In this document: positions 40,980 through 52,952 of the stretch, piece by piece
Layout of the letters: each line of letters starts with the position of its first letter
Position numbering within the stretch: the stretch's first letter is position 1
DNA from: Lama glama
Lineage: Eukaryota
DNA: 64,000 bases
Assembly: GCA_028534125.1 (NCBI GenBank)
Contig: CM052817.1
Coordinates: forward strand, 38,132,001 to 38,196,000
Reading direction: 5' to 3'
Notes under the pieces: model-generated
Told to the model about the DNA's origin: nothing
Database searches by the model: none
What the model saw: the letters and a program-made list of their open reading frames with translations, nothing else
Translations under genes and position numbers: made by a program

Positions 40980-41115
40980 TCAGACACCCCGCCTTTCAGG
41001 AGATTCTGAACTCCATAAATCAGAGCTGCACCAATAGTCAGAGAAGCAGTAAATCTGAGAATCCCCAAATGGCTCAAGCCAATCTGCTAACCCAGGGGCA
41101 CCCTTTAAGCAGTAA

Positions 41116-41147
<32 letters not shown>

Positions 41148-41190
41148 CCTCTCTCTCTCTCTCTCTCCCCCCTCACACACACACAGACTC
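40980..41190 (-). promoter_or_regulatory. Promoter-like region
   Basis: GC box accccgcc at 40986-40993, TGATTTATGG (minus) at 41013-41022, CCAAT at 41031-41035 and 41079-41083, adjacent CT/CA repeat. Confidence 0.55.
41116..41185. repeat. (CT)n followed by (CA)n microsatellite
   Basis: Directly visible. Confidence 0.95.
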
Positions 41191-41869
41191 CAGCATGGCT
41201 ATTCTAATTTTTAGACATCCTTTTCGATGTTTTTGCATACTCTTTCCAGGTAACATAGCTGAAAGAAAGGTCTTAGAAAATGAAAATATTCGCCAAAATC
41301 AAAATCAAATAATTCTCCTAACAATAAAATCATTTCTGGTTCATAAACTAATTCGCACTGATGAAGTCTTGCTTTTTGTGCACATACTTGAATTATGCAA
41401 CAGCACCCCTCCCCCAACTCCAGCCATATTAAAAAGACAGTAAAGATGTATTTATTTCAGAGATGACCGGCAAAATCAAGTAAATTTTCTCATAAAAATT
41501 CCTACCATCTTTTTCAAGATTAGTCTTGACTTTTGCACGTTTCAATTTGGAGAGGTTTCAGGAAGACATTTCTTGCCTAAAACACAATCACCCTGCATGC
41601 AAACGTTCTAGCCAGATATAAACATGTTTATAAACGTTCCCCTGTAGAGTCTCTATGGGTTTTTATTTCTCATATTTTGGATTTCCCATCAGAAGTGGAG
41701 AGGAAACACTGTTTAAGCTTGCCAGAACATTATGAAACATTATTTCTCTTAGCTGTGCATTTTTTTCTTACATGTAAACAATTACTCACTGAAGTTTAGA
41801 TTGATTGGATTAATGGGAAATTATTCTCACTCTTTAGTCACCTTCCTTTTCCCTCCTTCTCCAAGCACA

Positions 41870-42020
41870 TAACTTGAGCAATTTATCTAGCCTCCTAGAC
41901 ATCAGTTTTGTAATCTATAAAATGGGGACTCATTACTGACGTCTGCCTTGGCTCCCTCCTGGGTGGGTATGAGGATGAAATGTGACAACATGGAGAAGCA
42001 AATGCTTTGTGAACCGTAGA
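41870..42020 (+). mobile_element. MIR fragment
   Basis: aacttgagcaatttatctagcctc...tcagttttgtaatctataaaatgggg...gaggatgaaatgtgacaac...aatgctttgtgaac. Confidence 0.7.
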
Positions 42021-42559
42021 GGGCTGGAAAAAAATGTACTTGCTGCATTTCCCGCCCTTCGATTGCCCCAGTTTGATCCTGAGGCTTGTGAATTACTTTC
42101 TGTGTTCTCAAGGGAGACTCCTCAGGCATCCTGGGAGAGTGTTTGTTTCAAGGGGGCTATAAATAGAGTTCAAAGTTTGATTGAACTGCTGTCCTCATGG
42201 CAGATCTTGATGGCAGCGACCACATGGCCAGAGCCAGTTAACTGTGAGCAACATGAGCTCCGTCTCGTCTGTGAGGCGGAATGAGACCAGCTGAAAGGCT
42301 GGGAGAAAACGCTCACGTGCATGGCTGGTTTCGCAGTTGCTGGTGTCCTAGTGTACTCCTGTGTGTGAGGGAGTTGCCCAAGAGGATTAATGAAGGGGAA
42401 AGGTTGGGAACGGAATGCCAAGTTCACTGCTGAGTTAATTCAGTAACAAATGCATCTGGGCATCCGTGCTAATAATGTTCCTACAATTATGTATGCATTA
42501 CTTAGAGATTAGGTTGAGGGAGGGCAGAGAAGGGAGACCAGTGGGGAGCAGGAAAGGAG

Positions 42560-42760
42560 CTAACTACACGAGCACCTGTCTTGGTACACACCCAGGGCTC
42601 GGAGCTTCATGAACATTGTCTAAGTTAATCCTTATAGTAATCCTGTGAGGTAGTTGTTATTACTCTCATTTCACAGATGAGAATAATTTGCCTGCTCACT
42701 GTTATTGGCTGGTGGTGGAGCTTGAATTACAGTCAAGGTTTGCATGGCCTAGAGTCCTCT
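42560..42760 (-). mobile_element. MIR SINE
   Basis: ttaatccttatagtaatcctgtgaggtagttgttattactctcatttcacagatgag. Confidence 0.75.
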
Positions 42761-43915
42761 ATTTGGAGTAAATATCTTAATTTGTAACTTTCTTAGAAAA
42801 GAAAGGAAATAAATTTTGCTTTTTAAGTAACGGGGGTAGGGAAAGCAAGAATTTAAATTATCACGAAACTTCTTCAAAAATATTTACTAGGCAAGCTAAC
42901 TTTTATAAAGAGCACAGAAATGTTTAGAAAAACTCATTGTGAGTTTTTACAACAAAGTCATAGGATACAGAGAAAAGAATATAGGTTTTGTTAATATGTG
43001 CCTATAATTATTTTTTAAATTGGGTCTTGCCTGCCTTCAAGTTGAAAATGCAAGTTTATAGGTCTTTCTCTATAGTAGAATACCACTCTGTGTTTTTTTT
43101 TTAACAGAGCATTATTTTATTTTAATTTGTTTAAATTGCCAGATCCTTAGTAACGCCCACAAGGAAACAAGATCATCTCTTACCCTTCACAGTAGCAGAA
43201 AAGACACATTTTTTTTTTCAACTACAGTTTGGAGTACTGTAGAAGAGTCATCATTTTCACTTGCCTGAGTCTGAGGATGTTAGTAAAATGCCAGGTTCCT
43301 CCTACCAGTCCTATTGGGAAGCCAGAGGCAGAGTTCGAACAGCAGCCCAACCCAGTATATGTTCCTGCTCCCCCCTTTTTAAGTGGCATCACCAGCTGAA
43401 AGAGAAAGCTTGAAATTTATCTGCAAGCCAGCAGCGCAGCTCATACCAGATCCTTCATGCAGGGTAATCTCCCTTTTCCCAATTTCTGCAGCCTTCTCTG
43501 AGAAGGCCACTGGCTGATTACACCTTGCCTCTGCTTTTAATACTCCCATCTGCAAAGTGCACCATCCAAGATCCCTTCATAAAATCAGCCTTTTCATCCT
43601 CCCCCAATCTAGCCTGAAAAAGAAAACTATAAACTTGTAAGTCTTGCAGCTAGAAGCTGTTTGTTTCAGATATTTTTATTAAAGAGAGAAATATAACTGG
43701 GCCATGGGCTAACTTAGAAATAAGTCAAAATAAATAGCAGAGAAAAAGAATAAAAGCAGGAAATTTAATCTCAATTTTTCAAGTTAAATTCTGAATTAAA
43801 AAATCCCAAACACTAAAATCATCCTGAACAGCCAATCAACCCACCTAAAAGAAGGAAAGGGGACCTTCCGCTATTTGGTGTTCATTTCATTGCTACTTTA
43901 GCAAAGATGTGTTTT

Positions 43916-44383
43916 TCTTTTAAATTTTGTTTATTTATTTTTAGAATAGGTAACACATTCTTTTTGTTATTGTTGTTTTGTTTTGGGAGAGGAGGTAATG
44001 AGGGTTATTTATTTATTTACTTTTAGAGGAGGTACTAGGGATTGAACCCAGGACTCTGTGTATGCTAAACATGCGCTCTACCACTAGAGCTATACCTTCC
44101 CCTGAAACATGTTCTTATGATTAAAAAATCATAAGATACAAAAGGCTATTCTATGAAGAGTCTCCCTTCTACGTGTCTCCTGCCATCCAGTTGTCCTTCC
44201 CAGCAGCAACCAGACAGTCAATGATGTCAGTTTCTGTTAAATCCTTCCAGAGGTATTTTCTGCATATATAAGCAATCATGAATATATATTACTACCACCA
44301 CTTCTTACAGGAACAACAGTATGCAATATACATTGTTTAGGACCTTGTTTTTTCATTAACAATAGATCTTGAAGATCATGCTG
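43916..44383 (-). mobile_element. 5'-truncated L1M-type 3' end with 17-bp TSD
   Basis: T-rich tail, then gaataggtaa...gatacaaaaggctatt...gagtctccct...atccttccagaggtattttctgcatatataagcaa; TAGCAAAGATGTGTTTT at both 43899-43915 and 44384-44400. Confidence 0.75.
43961..44102 (-). mobile_element. tRNA-Ala-derived camelid SINE (Vic-1-like)
   Basis: Minus strand GGGGAAGGTATAGCTCTAGTGGTAGAGCGCATGTTTAGCATACACAGAGTCCTGGGTTCAATCCC (A and B boxes) plus an A-rich tail. Confidence 0.85.
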
Positions 44384-46729
44384 TAGCAAAGATGTGTTTT
44401 GACACTCACTGGATCCCCTTGTTCTAGTGGTATCATATTTAACTGAAGAACAAGCAAAAAAAATAAATAAATAAACAGAGTTAATTTGTTGTGAAGCCTA
44501 TAATGACATACATAACACATGGCAAAGTGAAAAGCTGCTTTCTCTCATTCCCAACCCATTTTATTTCTGAAGAAAGGGTAAAAAATCAACCACAATCAGA
44601 ATTATTATTATTATTATTTTTAAATTTAGAAACTATTGCAGTGATCTTTCAATGTAATAAAAATCTACTGGCAAAGCTTTCTATTACCTCTCAAGTCCCC
44701 GTGTAAGACCCTCTTTGACAACTTAGATGATGTGGGCTTTACTGTAAGGGCTGGGAGTAGTTTCCTTAAAGCTAGGCAAGATACTTTTTGTTGGGGGAAA
44801 TACTCAGTTTCAAGTTCTAAATTTTCTGTTAGATTTATCTAGATTCTAAATTAAATGTGAATTAGTGTTTTGGGAACTTAATGGATTTTATAAAAAATAA
44901 TCTTAAGTTCAAGATACTGCTTTCAAACTTAAAACCCCCATGAACCCATATTCAATAGAAACAGCCAGGTTTATTTTAATTAGCTATTACTATCCAATAA
45001 TCATGTTGTGAAGAAGATACGAATATGATTTTTTGGAAAGGTGAGAAATTCTCATTTACTTGAAGCTCTGATCTTTTTTATGGAAAATACACTTATTATA
45101 AAAGAAAATACTAATTATATCACAAGTTTTTATTTCTCTATACATATATATTTGGCACAGAAGAGTGATATGAGTATATTTGAAATAAGATGCTAAAATC
45201 AATTTTGCATGTAATACATGTATTGATTTTTCTCTAGATCTTCCTGATGATTTTGAACTTAGCCACATGATAATAAAACATGTGAAGACTGTTTTTTTCC
45301 AATCTGTAAAATACTTGTTCTTCATTGGAGTTAAATCATCATCATTAACATTTTCTATTTTTATTACAATGATCAGTGAGATGAAATGATAATGTTTAAA
45401 TAATGGCAGCAGAAAAAAGAAATTTTAGTGTAGAAACAAACCTAGAAATTTCATCATGAAGAGCAAGCAGCATGAATATGAGGAGTGGATGTGGTGAGTA
45501 AATAGGGCACCCTCCCTGCACGCCAAGTCTCTCTGGACTGGGCACTTCACTGCCCTGACTAGGACTCTGTGTGCATCACCTATATGCATCAGTATCCAGA
45601 TCTCACATTCTGGGGCGAACTCCCTCCCCTCCAGGATGAGGAATAATGGGGAAGCAACTGCCATAGCAAAGGGATGCTTTCAAATTCACATAATTAGTTT
45701 TTTTTTATTAAAAATGTTTTGTAGCACTTACAATTCAGCATCTTGAGATAAAGCCTTTTTAAGCCACACTAGTTACATCTCTAGACATCATTTCAAATGC
45801 TGCCATTTTTAATAACCCACAAACTTCTCAAAGAACACATAACTATCATAGGATCTCAGCCTTAGAAAAGATGCTGGTGGCCACGTAGTTCAAATTCCTT
45901 ATTATTAAGTTAAAATATAGATGAACAATATTCTTTTCCTGTCCACTGTAATAAACCCTCAATATCAGAAGAGAAATGTTCCAAACCTTTCATGAATACG
46001 GAAATGTTTATACAGGTACTACATGTCATGAACCTTCAGATTCACTCATGAAAAGTAAAACCCATAAAGTAAGCACTGAGGAGGCATTGGCTACTACATA
46101 CATTACCTTCAGCCTCTCCTCTCTGTGCTACTAATTTCAACAACATTTAATTTTTGTGACAACACCTCAGATTTCCAGTGAACATTTGTTACAATAATTT
46201 CATAGCTTGATAACTTAAAGAGAAAGGACATTCCAGAAACATTTTTTGTTTGTTTGTTTGACTAGGGTGAGAGAATGAAGTGTTGGTGTTGAGCCAGCTT
46301 GTGGTAAAACAATGTCATATTTTCATTAGGATTATTTATTACATTTGGAGAGAAGCGCACTGCTAGGAAAGATGAGCTAAGAGAAGTTTGAGGACAAAAG
46401 ATTCTCTCTATAATATCATTGGAAAATTAAGTTGTGCAAAGAAAGTCCAGAAAACAAAGACACTGAGGCATAAAGCAGCTCACTGACTTATCCAGGACAC
46501 TCAGCCAGCTTAAGAGGGGGAACCTTGGGTAGTAATGCAGGCGTCTGGCCCCACGAGCCATGCTGCTGACACCAGTGCTAAATTGCAACATGCATTTTGA
46601 AGCATATGCCACTTAGCTCTGTATTGATGCATATGCCTGTACTTTGCTTTAATTATGATCAAGAGCAAAATGGATAGCAGGCTCTTAGCACCACGGCCTT
46701 GCAGAACTCTAGCCATACACAAGATATTA

Positions 46730-47130
46730 TCCCGGTTATTTCACGTGTGAAGAAATTCAATCACACAAAGGTTAAGGGCATCTCTCAAAGTCATAGAGCT
46801 GTTTTGTGCTGGAAGTTAAAGATGAAGAAGATATTGTCTAACCAAGTTGGCAATTTACCTATATGAAAGGCAAGGCTGAAATTTTTAAAGACTAAGTTTC
46901 AGTAATATTGTCTGCCATTTATTGAGCGTTGGTTATGTTCCAAGGGCTTAACGTACATTTTTATTATTCTCCTAATAGCCTGGAAAGCCAGACTCTCATT
47001 TTATCTCGTTATATAATCCTCATGTTACAGATGTTGAAATTGGGTCTCAAAAATTTAAGTAGGTTGCCCCAAGTTACATACCTAGCAGGTGATGAATAAG
47101 GATTTGACTCTAAAGACCATGCACTTTCAA
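46730..47130 (-). mobile_element. Two adjacent MIR fragments
   Basis: gccatttattgagcgttggttatgttcc...tgttacagatgttgaaattggg...ttgcccaagttacatacctagcaggtg. Confidence 0.7.
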
Positions 47131-48729
47131 ATATACCTTGGGGGAACCCCAACTGATATTTCCGTGGCAGGGTTTGACTACAGGAGGAAATCCCAGAGCC
47201 AGGCACACATGTTCCTTACCATCTGTCTGTCCCTCCTCCCCACCTCTACCACTATGACTCCTCTGATCTGGAAAACCCCATCCTTGCCATTCCACTAAGA
47301 GTCTCCTTTATCTCCTAAACTTGCTTCACAAGAATATTCAGTGGCCCAGAAACTTTACACAATCATAAAGATGTTAGAACTAAGCACTGAGGGTCCTGAA
47401 GTAGATTCTATACCTGAAAAAGGCAGTGGGGGGCGGGGGATGAGTGATAAAGGACGTTAAACGTTTACATATATAAATATATTCAGTTGCACTGTAACGT
47501 TCTGGAAATGACTAAGGCATGAATTGAATAAGGTAATTCTCTGTGTTACCTGGAATATTTATTTGATGAACCTTGTGAATAATTCATTTACTGGCTCTGT
47601 TGTTAATACTTGGATATGAATCTCTATATAACTAGCTGGATATGACTGTTCCTTTTCTTAATTTTAAATAATATCTTTACTCTCACTTGTCTTCAAATGG
47701 AAGGGCTTATTTGTTTTTTAATTTAAACTTCTTTCAGTACCTCATGGAGAAACCCTCAGATTGTTAATAATGCTGACAGTGGTGGCTAGATATAGGTCAA
47801 GAAATGTTTATAGTGATGAATAGAGAAACTGTCTTTGATCCTGTTTGTAAAAGTATCAACAGAATGTCCTTCTGTCCTAAGCCAGTTAACACTGGGGCTG
47901 GCGTCTCTCACTGTTTACCCAAAACTTGAACAGGGTGTCAGTAATGATTTACTACCCAAGGCTTATGACAGCTACTCACCTTAAATCTGATGAAAGGAGA
48001 GAGGAGCTGTGTGAATGCTTCTGCAATGACCCTTTCTGCGACTTTCAGGAAAGCACAGTCTTCACTTCATATGTAGCAAAGAACTTGTTTTCTGTCTATA
48101 GATTAATCCTCCAAATCATCTATCTTCTCTCATCAAAGAAAACTTTCCCTTTTCTTAACTGCTTTTTATTTTGGATCTTTTTCTCTCATAATTAAAGCAG
48201 ACAATTACTACCATATGGACATTTAGATTGCAAACTATCACCCAAAATCTCAAAACAAGACAGAGATAGAGCTGCTACATTAAGGCCAACTTTACTTCAT
48301 TCGCATCTCAGAGTTTACACTCTCTGGATGATTTCTCCTGATCTTCCTTTTCTCCGATGACTTTGAGGAATAAAATGTGAGCAGAGGCAGAGGGGAGATG
48401 GGATGGAGGTAATCCCTCGGAATGACTAGAAATCTAGCTTTCAGACCACCCCTCCTGAAGCAGGCTAAGAAATGCTGGCCACCAACAACATAATTTTCTT
48501 TTTTAACTGGAGAACCTCAAACGAAATACCTCTACCTGAGGCAACTGAAGGAGTATCAGAGAGAATAAAGTTCACATTAAACCAAAAAAAGTTGATGCAT
48601 AGCATGGTTAAAACAGCTGAAAGGAGTCTGACTGAGAGAGCAGTGCTGCTCAGAGGTGAAGGCTAACTGGCTGGTTAGATACGAAGTCAGAATGGCAGGG
48701 TCTGAAAATGCTCACCCCTAGGACTTAAC

Positions 48730-49492
48730 GTGAGAACCCTGCTTTGTATGGATGTCTGCTACATAATTTTCTCTAAAGGATCACACTGAAATAAAAAGCA
48801 TATTTTGGGAGCTGGGGGAAAAAGACAAGAATGCTGGAACATCTGGTCTCTTTCATTATAAGAAGAAACAAACAACTATATAAAACTGTCAACAAGTAAA
48901 TAAAAATATATATTAGGTTAGTTAGGAAAAACTCTTCTGCTCCCAAGAAAGACAGGTCAACATTGTGTTTATAAAGGCCCACAGAGGGGAGAATTGGTTT
49001 GGGGCAGGGGGTGTGGAGTGGAGAGAGAGAGAGATAAAGAGAAGGGCTTAGAAAGATAGAGACCAAAGTGGCTGACCTCAGGATAAGAAAATGCTGCTGG
49101 AATAGTGGTGCTTGAAACACCCTAGGGAGATAACAGGACCAGGGAGAGAATGGCTCAGCTCTGGCTCCAAGGCTAGACAAAAGCTCAAAGCTCCCAATGA
49201 TCTTGGCTCAGAAGCAACAGAACCATCCACCGTCAGGACACCGTGGCTTGGGCATTGATCGGTTCAGCCTGCTGTGGGTTAAAGACCTGAGTCCTCTCTG
49301 TGAAATATTCACACAGCCACTGTTCTGGAGGGTGAGAAAGATGAGTTGAGGAGGAACAATAATGGCTAAGACTGAATTTTTATTTCTTCAGTATCCTGGT
49401 GACTTGAATTTCAGAGTTTGATTTAAGTTGATTAGAAAAACAAAGAATACTTTGGCACTGAATCAGTTGCGGGGTGAAAATTATCCTGTGAC
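48730..49492 (+). mobile_element. LTR78-like ancient LTR (5' boundary uncertain)
   Basis: 3' end gactgaattt...tttaagttgattagaaaaacaaagaa...gtgaaaattatcctgtgaca resembles the LTR78 terminus. Confidence 0.45.
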
Positions 49493-50584
49493 AAATATTT
49501 CTACAATTTTACAAAATACAAAAGTCTGTCTAGCTTGAAGACACTAGTATTATTTGCAAATATCTTTCTGACCCTGGACCTCTTTGATTTGGTTAAAAAG
49601 GTAAGTATATTTGTTCTAGAAAGGATAATATAGGTCTTTTGTTGAGTTAAAAAGTGTTATCACATATGTTCTTCCCTACTACCTGAAAAATGTTTTATTC
49701 AGATTGATGAAGAGATTATTAGAACTGGGAAAAAGACATATGAAGCAAGAGCTACCTATTCTGAGATGGTCATGAGCATTCTCTTAATTACCTAATTCTT
49801 GAATTAGATTGTATTCCCATTTTACAGACAGAAAATTAAAACTAGAGATTATCCAAGTAAATTTATGAGAATAATTATAATTTAATGAAACAGCTGATGA
49901 AAAATATTCCTTAACTCCCATTTTTGTGTTTGTCTTAAGAGATATCAAGGGATTAAGTAGCAACCTTCTCTTGAATTCCTAATCCAGCCCCCAATTAAAC
50001 AAGAGTCACCGCCACGGGGAACAGTTGTTACATAACTTTGTATGTCAGTTGCCTCAGGCATGTTAAGATTATTTCCTAAAGCCTTCTCTCAAATGTACAG
50101 GGAAGTAGAACGCATAATTTTAGAACATGTATTTCATGATTGTCTAACACTACTGCCAAATACAAAATGTTTTCAATAATGATCCTGCTATACAAACTAA
50201 GCTGAAACGAACTTAAACTATACTGGCAGAAAGCATTGCTCCCTTGCTAAGAAGCCTGTGAGAGCCTCCTAGATGCACCTCTTCTCAGAATCGACTTTAA
50301 GCTTTTCCCTCACTCGCCACCTTAGATGGGTGGAAGCCAAGACTGATGACTTGCAACTGATCTAATTTATCACTCCTTCCAGTCAGTACTGAAACTTACT
50401 CAATTGGGAGGCATCAGACTGAACCAAATTGGAACCAGTTTAGTTTCTAAACCCAAGGCTCATGTTTGCTGAAGAATCTTAAAAATCTGGTCAAATAAAG
50501 CAGTTAAATGAGGTGGGCTGCTGGAATGAAACAGACGCAGTGATGCTTGTATGAGAGATAGTAAGAGAGGGTCTGATGAACAGA

Positions 50585-50755
50585 TACTTAATCTGGGATC
50601 CAAAAATTTAGCATGAATGACCTTCAGAGAGCCTTAGACACCTTCCCTGAAATCATATCCCAAATTCTCTGATTATGTGCACAAGTGAATTTTCCTGGGG
50701 AGATTATCCTGACTTTATATTAAGTTTCCAAACAGGTTTGTTAAGGACAGCTGTC
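50585..50755. mobile_element. Charlie4z-like DNA transposon
   Basis: ccctgaaatcatatcccaaatt...tatgtgcacaagtgaattttcctggggagattatcc...gttaaggacagctg. Confidence 0.6.
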
Positions 50756-51984
50756 AAGGGTTTGGACACTGCTAGGTTCTGGCTGACCTCTTCTTGAAGC
50801 TCAAAATTGATTTGATCAACAGGACTCTTTGTGGAGCACTGCAAAGTTAATGAGTGCTAATGGGGCATTAACAAAAGGCCAAAGGAAAAAATCTGAAGCT
50901 CGGGAAATTTACATTTTAATGCTGTGGCAAATCTGAGCAAAGTATCTCAAATCATAAAGCCTTCACTATTAACCCTACACAGCAAGGGAATCATTTTTGA
51001 TCAAGATAAATTTTAATATAATCCCTAATCAACACAGCGGAGGAAAGAACTTCACATCTCTCTATTCCAGATGGTGTCATTTTATCAGAGTTTCACCCTT
51101 TGGTATGCTCAGTTAATTAAAGTCCTTACTGTTTGTTAATGGCAGATTTGTGCAGCAAAAATGACTCTGGAACAGATGTCGGCAAATTTGTCAAAGCGGC
51201 TGGATAATCATCTTGACTGCTCTGAAGGACTACTCCATTTCACCCACAGCAAACTCTTGCAGGACCTTTGTCTTTACTGCTTTCAAAAGGGAGGCAAGGG
51301 GAAGGGGCGGTGGTGGGGAGGGAAAAACAACAGCCAGGTCCTTGGTCAAAGTCATTCCCTTCGCAAGGAGTAATGAGCAACGAAGGCATTCCAGCAGACA
51401 GTTTCAAGTGCCAAAGTATCAAGATGATATGTTTTTATTAGATCCTCCCCATAAGTCTCACCACCGGCTCCCTAATCCACTTGCATTCACACTTGCTGTA
51501 AACGTGCAGCTCAAATAAACTTTTATCTCATATCTTTGTTCTTGTTTTGTCAGCATACGTCTACAACTAAAATGGCAGCCTGTTATAACCAGAGATTAAA
51601 AGAAAAGGAAATAATCAGAAGCCAATGATTAGCACAAAAAAATAACCAAAACTATGGCAGGTAACTTGTTTCATCTCCAAAGCTCTCTGGATCTTTGAAC
51701 TCAAAATTGCAAAAGATGAGTTTTAAATATTGTCTATCCTTTGGCAATTTCAGAGCACTGTATATAGTGAATGCCTTCAAGAGGAAAACCCAAAAAAGGG
51801 TTAAAACAGGCAGCTTTCACTAGCATAAGATAAAATAAAATGGTTTGAAAAATATGCTCTGTAGAGATGCCACATCTCTTAAAAAAAAACTTGAAGTCTC
51901 TTAGAAATCCATCAATTTGTGATATAATGATGAAAAAAGCTTTTTCTGGTCTAGTAATTTGATTTGTATTTCTAAGCTGCCTAC

Positions 51985-51987
<3 letters not shown>

Positions 51988-52034
<47 letters not shown>

Positions 52035-52114
52035 TTAATGGAGGTACTGGGGGTTGAACCCGGGACCTTGTGCATGCTAAGCATGTGCTCTGTCACTGAA
52101 CCATACAACTCCCC
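51988..52114 (-). mobile_element. Vic-1-like SINE with (CA)n tail
   Basis: Minus strand GGGGAGTTGTATGGTTCAGTGACAGAGCACATGCTTAGCATGCACAAGGTCCCGGGTTCAACCCCCAGTACCTCC followed by about 46 bp of (CA)n. Confidence 0.85.
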
Positions 52115-52919
52115 TTCCGCTTGTGTGTTTTAAATAAACCAAATTCACTCATGTACTGTTGGGTAGTATTACCTAGTTCTTTTAAAGAAAAAACAAATTA
52201 TCTCCTTTCTGTTACATTATAACGTGTTCTTCAGTGATTCATTAAAAAATCTTGTTTTACATAAAATTTTATATCTAAATTTTACATAGGATGTTATATT
52301 TCTGTATATATTTATTGCAGCTATTGATGGACATACAGGAAAGATGTTATATAAGACCAATTATAAAGATGAGAAAGAGTTGCTGTAAAGAAACACTAAA
52401 TCATTTGCCAGCATTACTGGGGCTGAACAACAACCAGACCTTGAGTGGCTTCAGTATCAAGCTTTTTTTTTTTTTTTATTATAAAGCTCTACAAAACTTG
52501 AAAGGTTTTCCTAAATCTAATAGTATATATAGTCCTACTCCATAAAATCCTATTCAAAGAATTTTTCTATTTATCAAAATAGTTTCTTTCCGGGATTGGA
52601 AATAGACCATTTACATCTAAATGAAACCATTTAGAACCATTAGGAGCCTCTTACTCCAAAGAAAATATGCAAAGATCCATGGTACACTGTTTTCAAAGTC
52701 ACTTTATATGACCCCCCCACACCCCGCGTTAGGGTGCACAGTAAATCACACAGAAGAAAGGTGTGAGCCGCCTTTTAAATAACCAATTTGGGCAAATGGC
52801 AGGGGATATTGTTCTTTAAATTTTAGAAACAGAAGAATCTCTTAACATTTAAAAAGATTTGGAGGCAAATTAAACTTCAAGCCCTCAACACATAAGGAAA
52901 TATATGCAAACCTAAAGTG

Positions 52920-52952
<33 letters not shown>
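52920..52952. repeat. An/(GA)n microsatellite
   Basis: Directly visible. Confidence 0.9.

Noticed and set aside
34690..41160. Hypothesis that this is the MAPK10 internal promoter and exon 2
   Set aside because: The spacing seemed similar, but the MAPK10 5'UTR exon sequence as I remember it is not present. No gene symbol assigned.
40889..41443. 184-aa plus-strand ORF
   Set aside because: Non-ATG start, runs through the CT/CA microsatellite (SLSLSL/HTHT), no recognisable domain.
44030..44102. Functional tRNA-Ala gene (also 52040-52114)
   Set aside because: Stems are disrupted, and the tails and flanking repeats indicate SINE copies.
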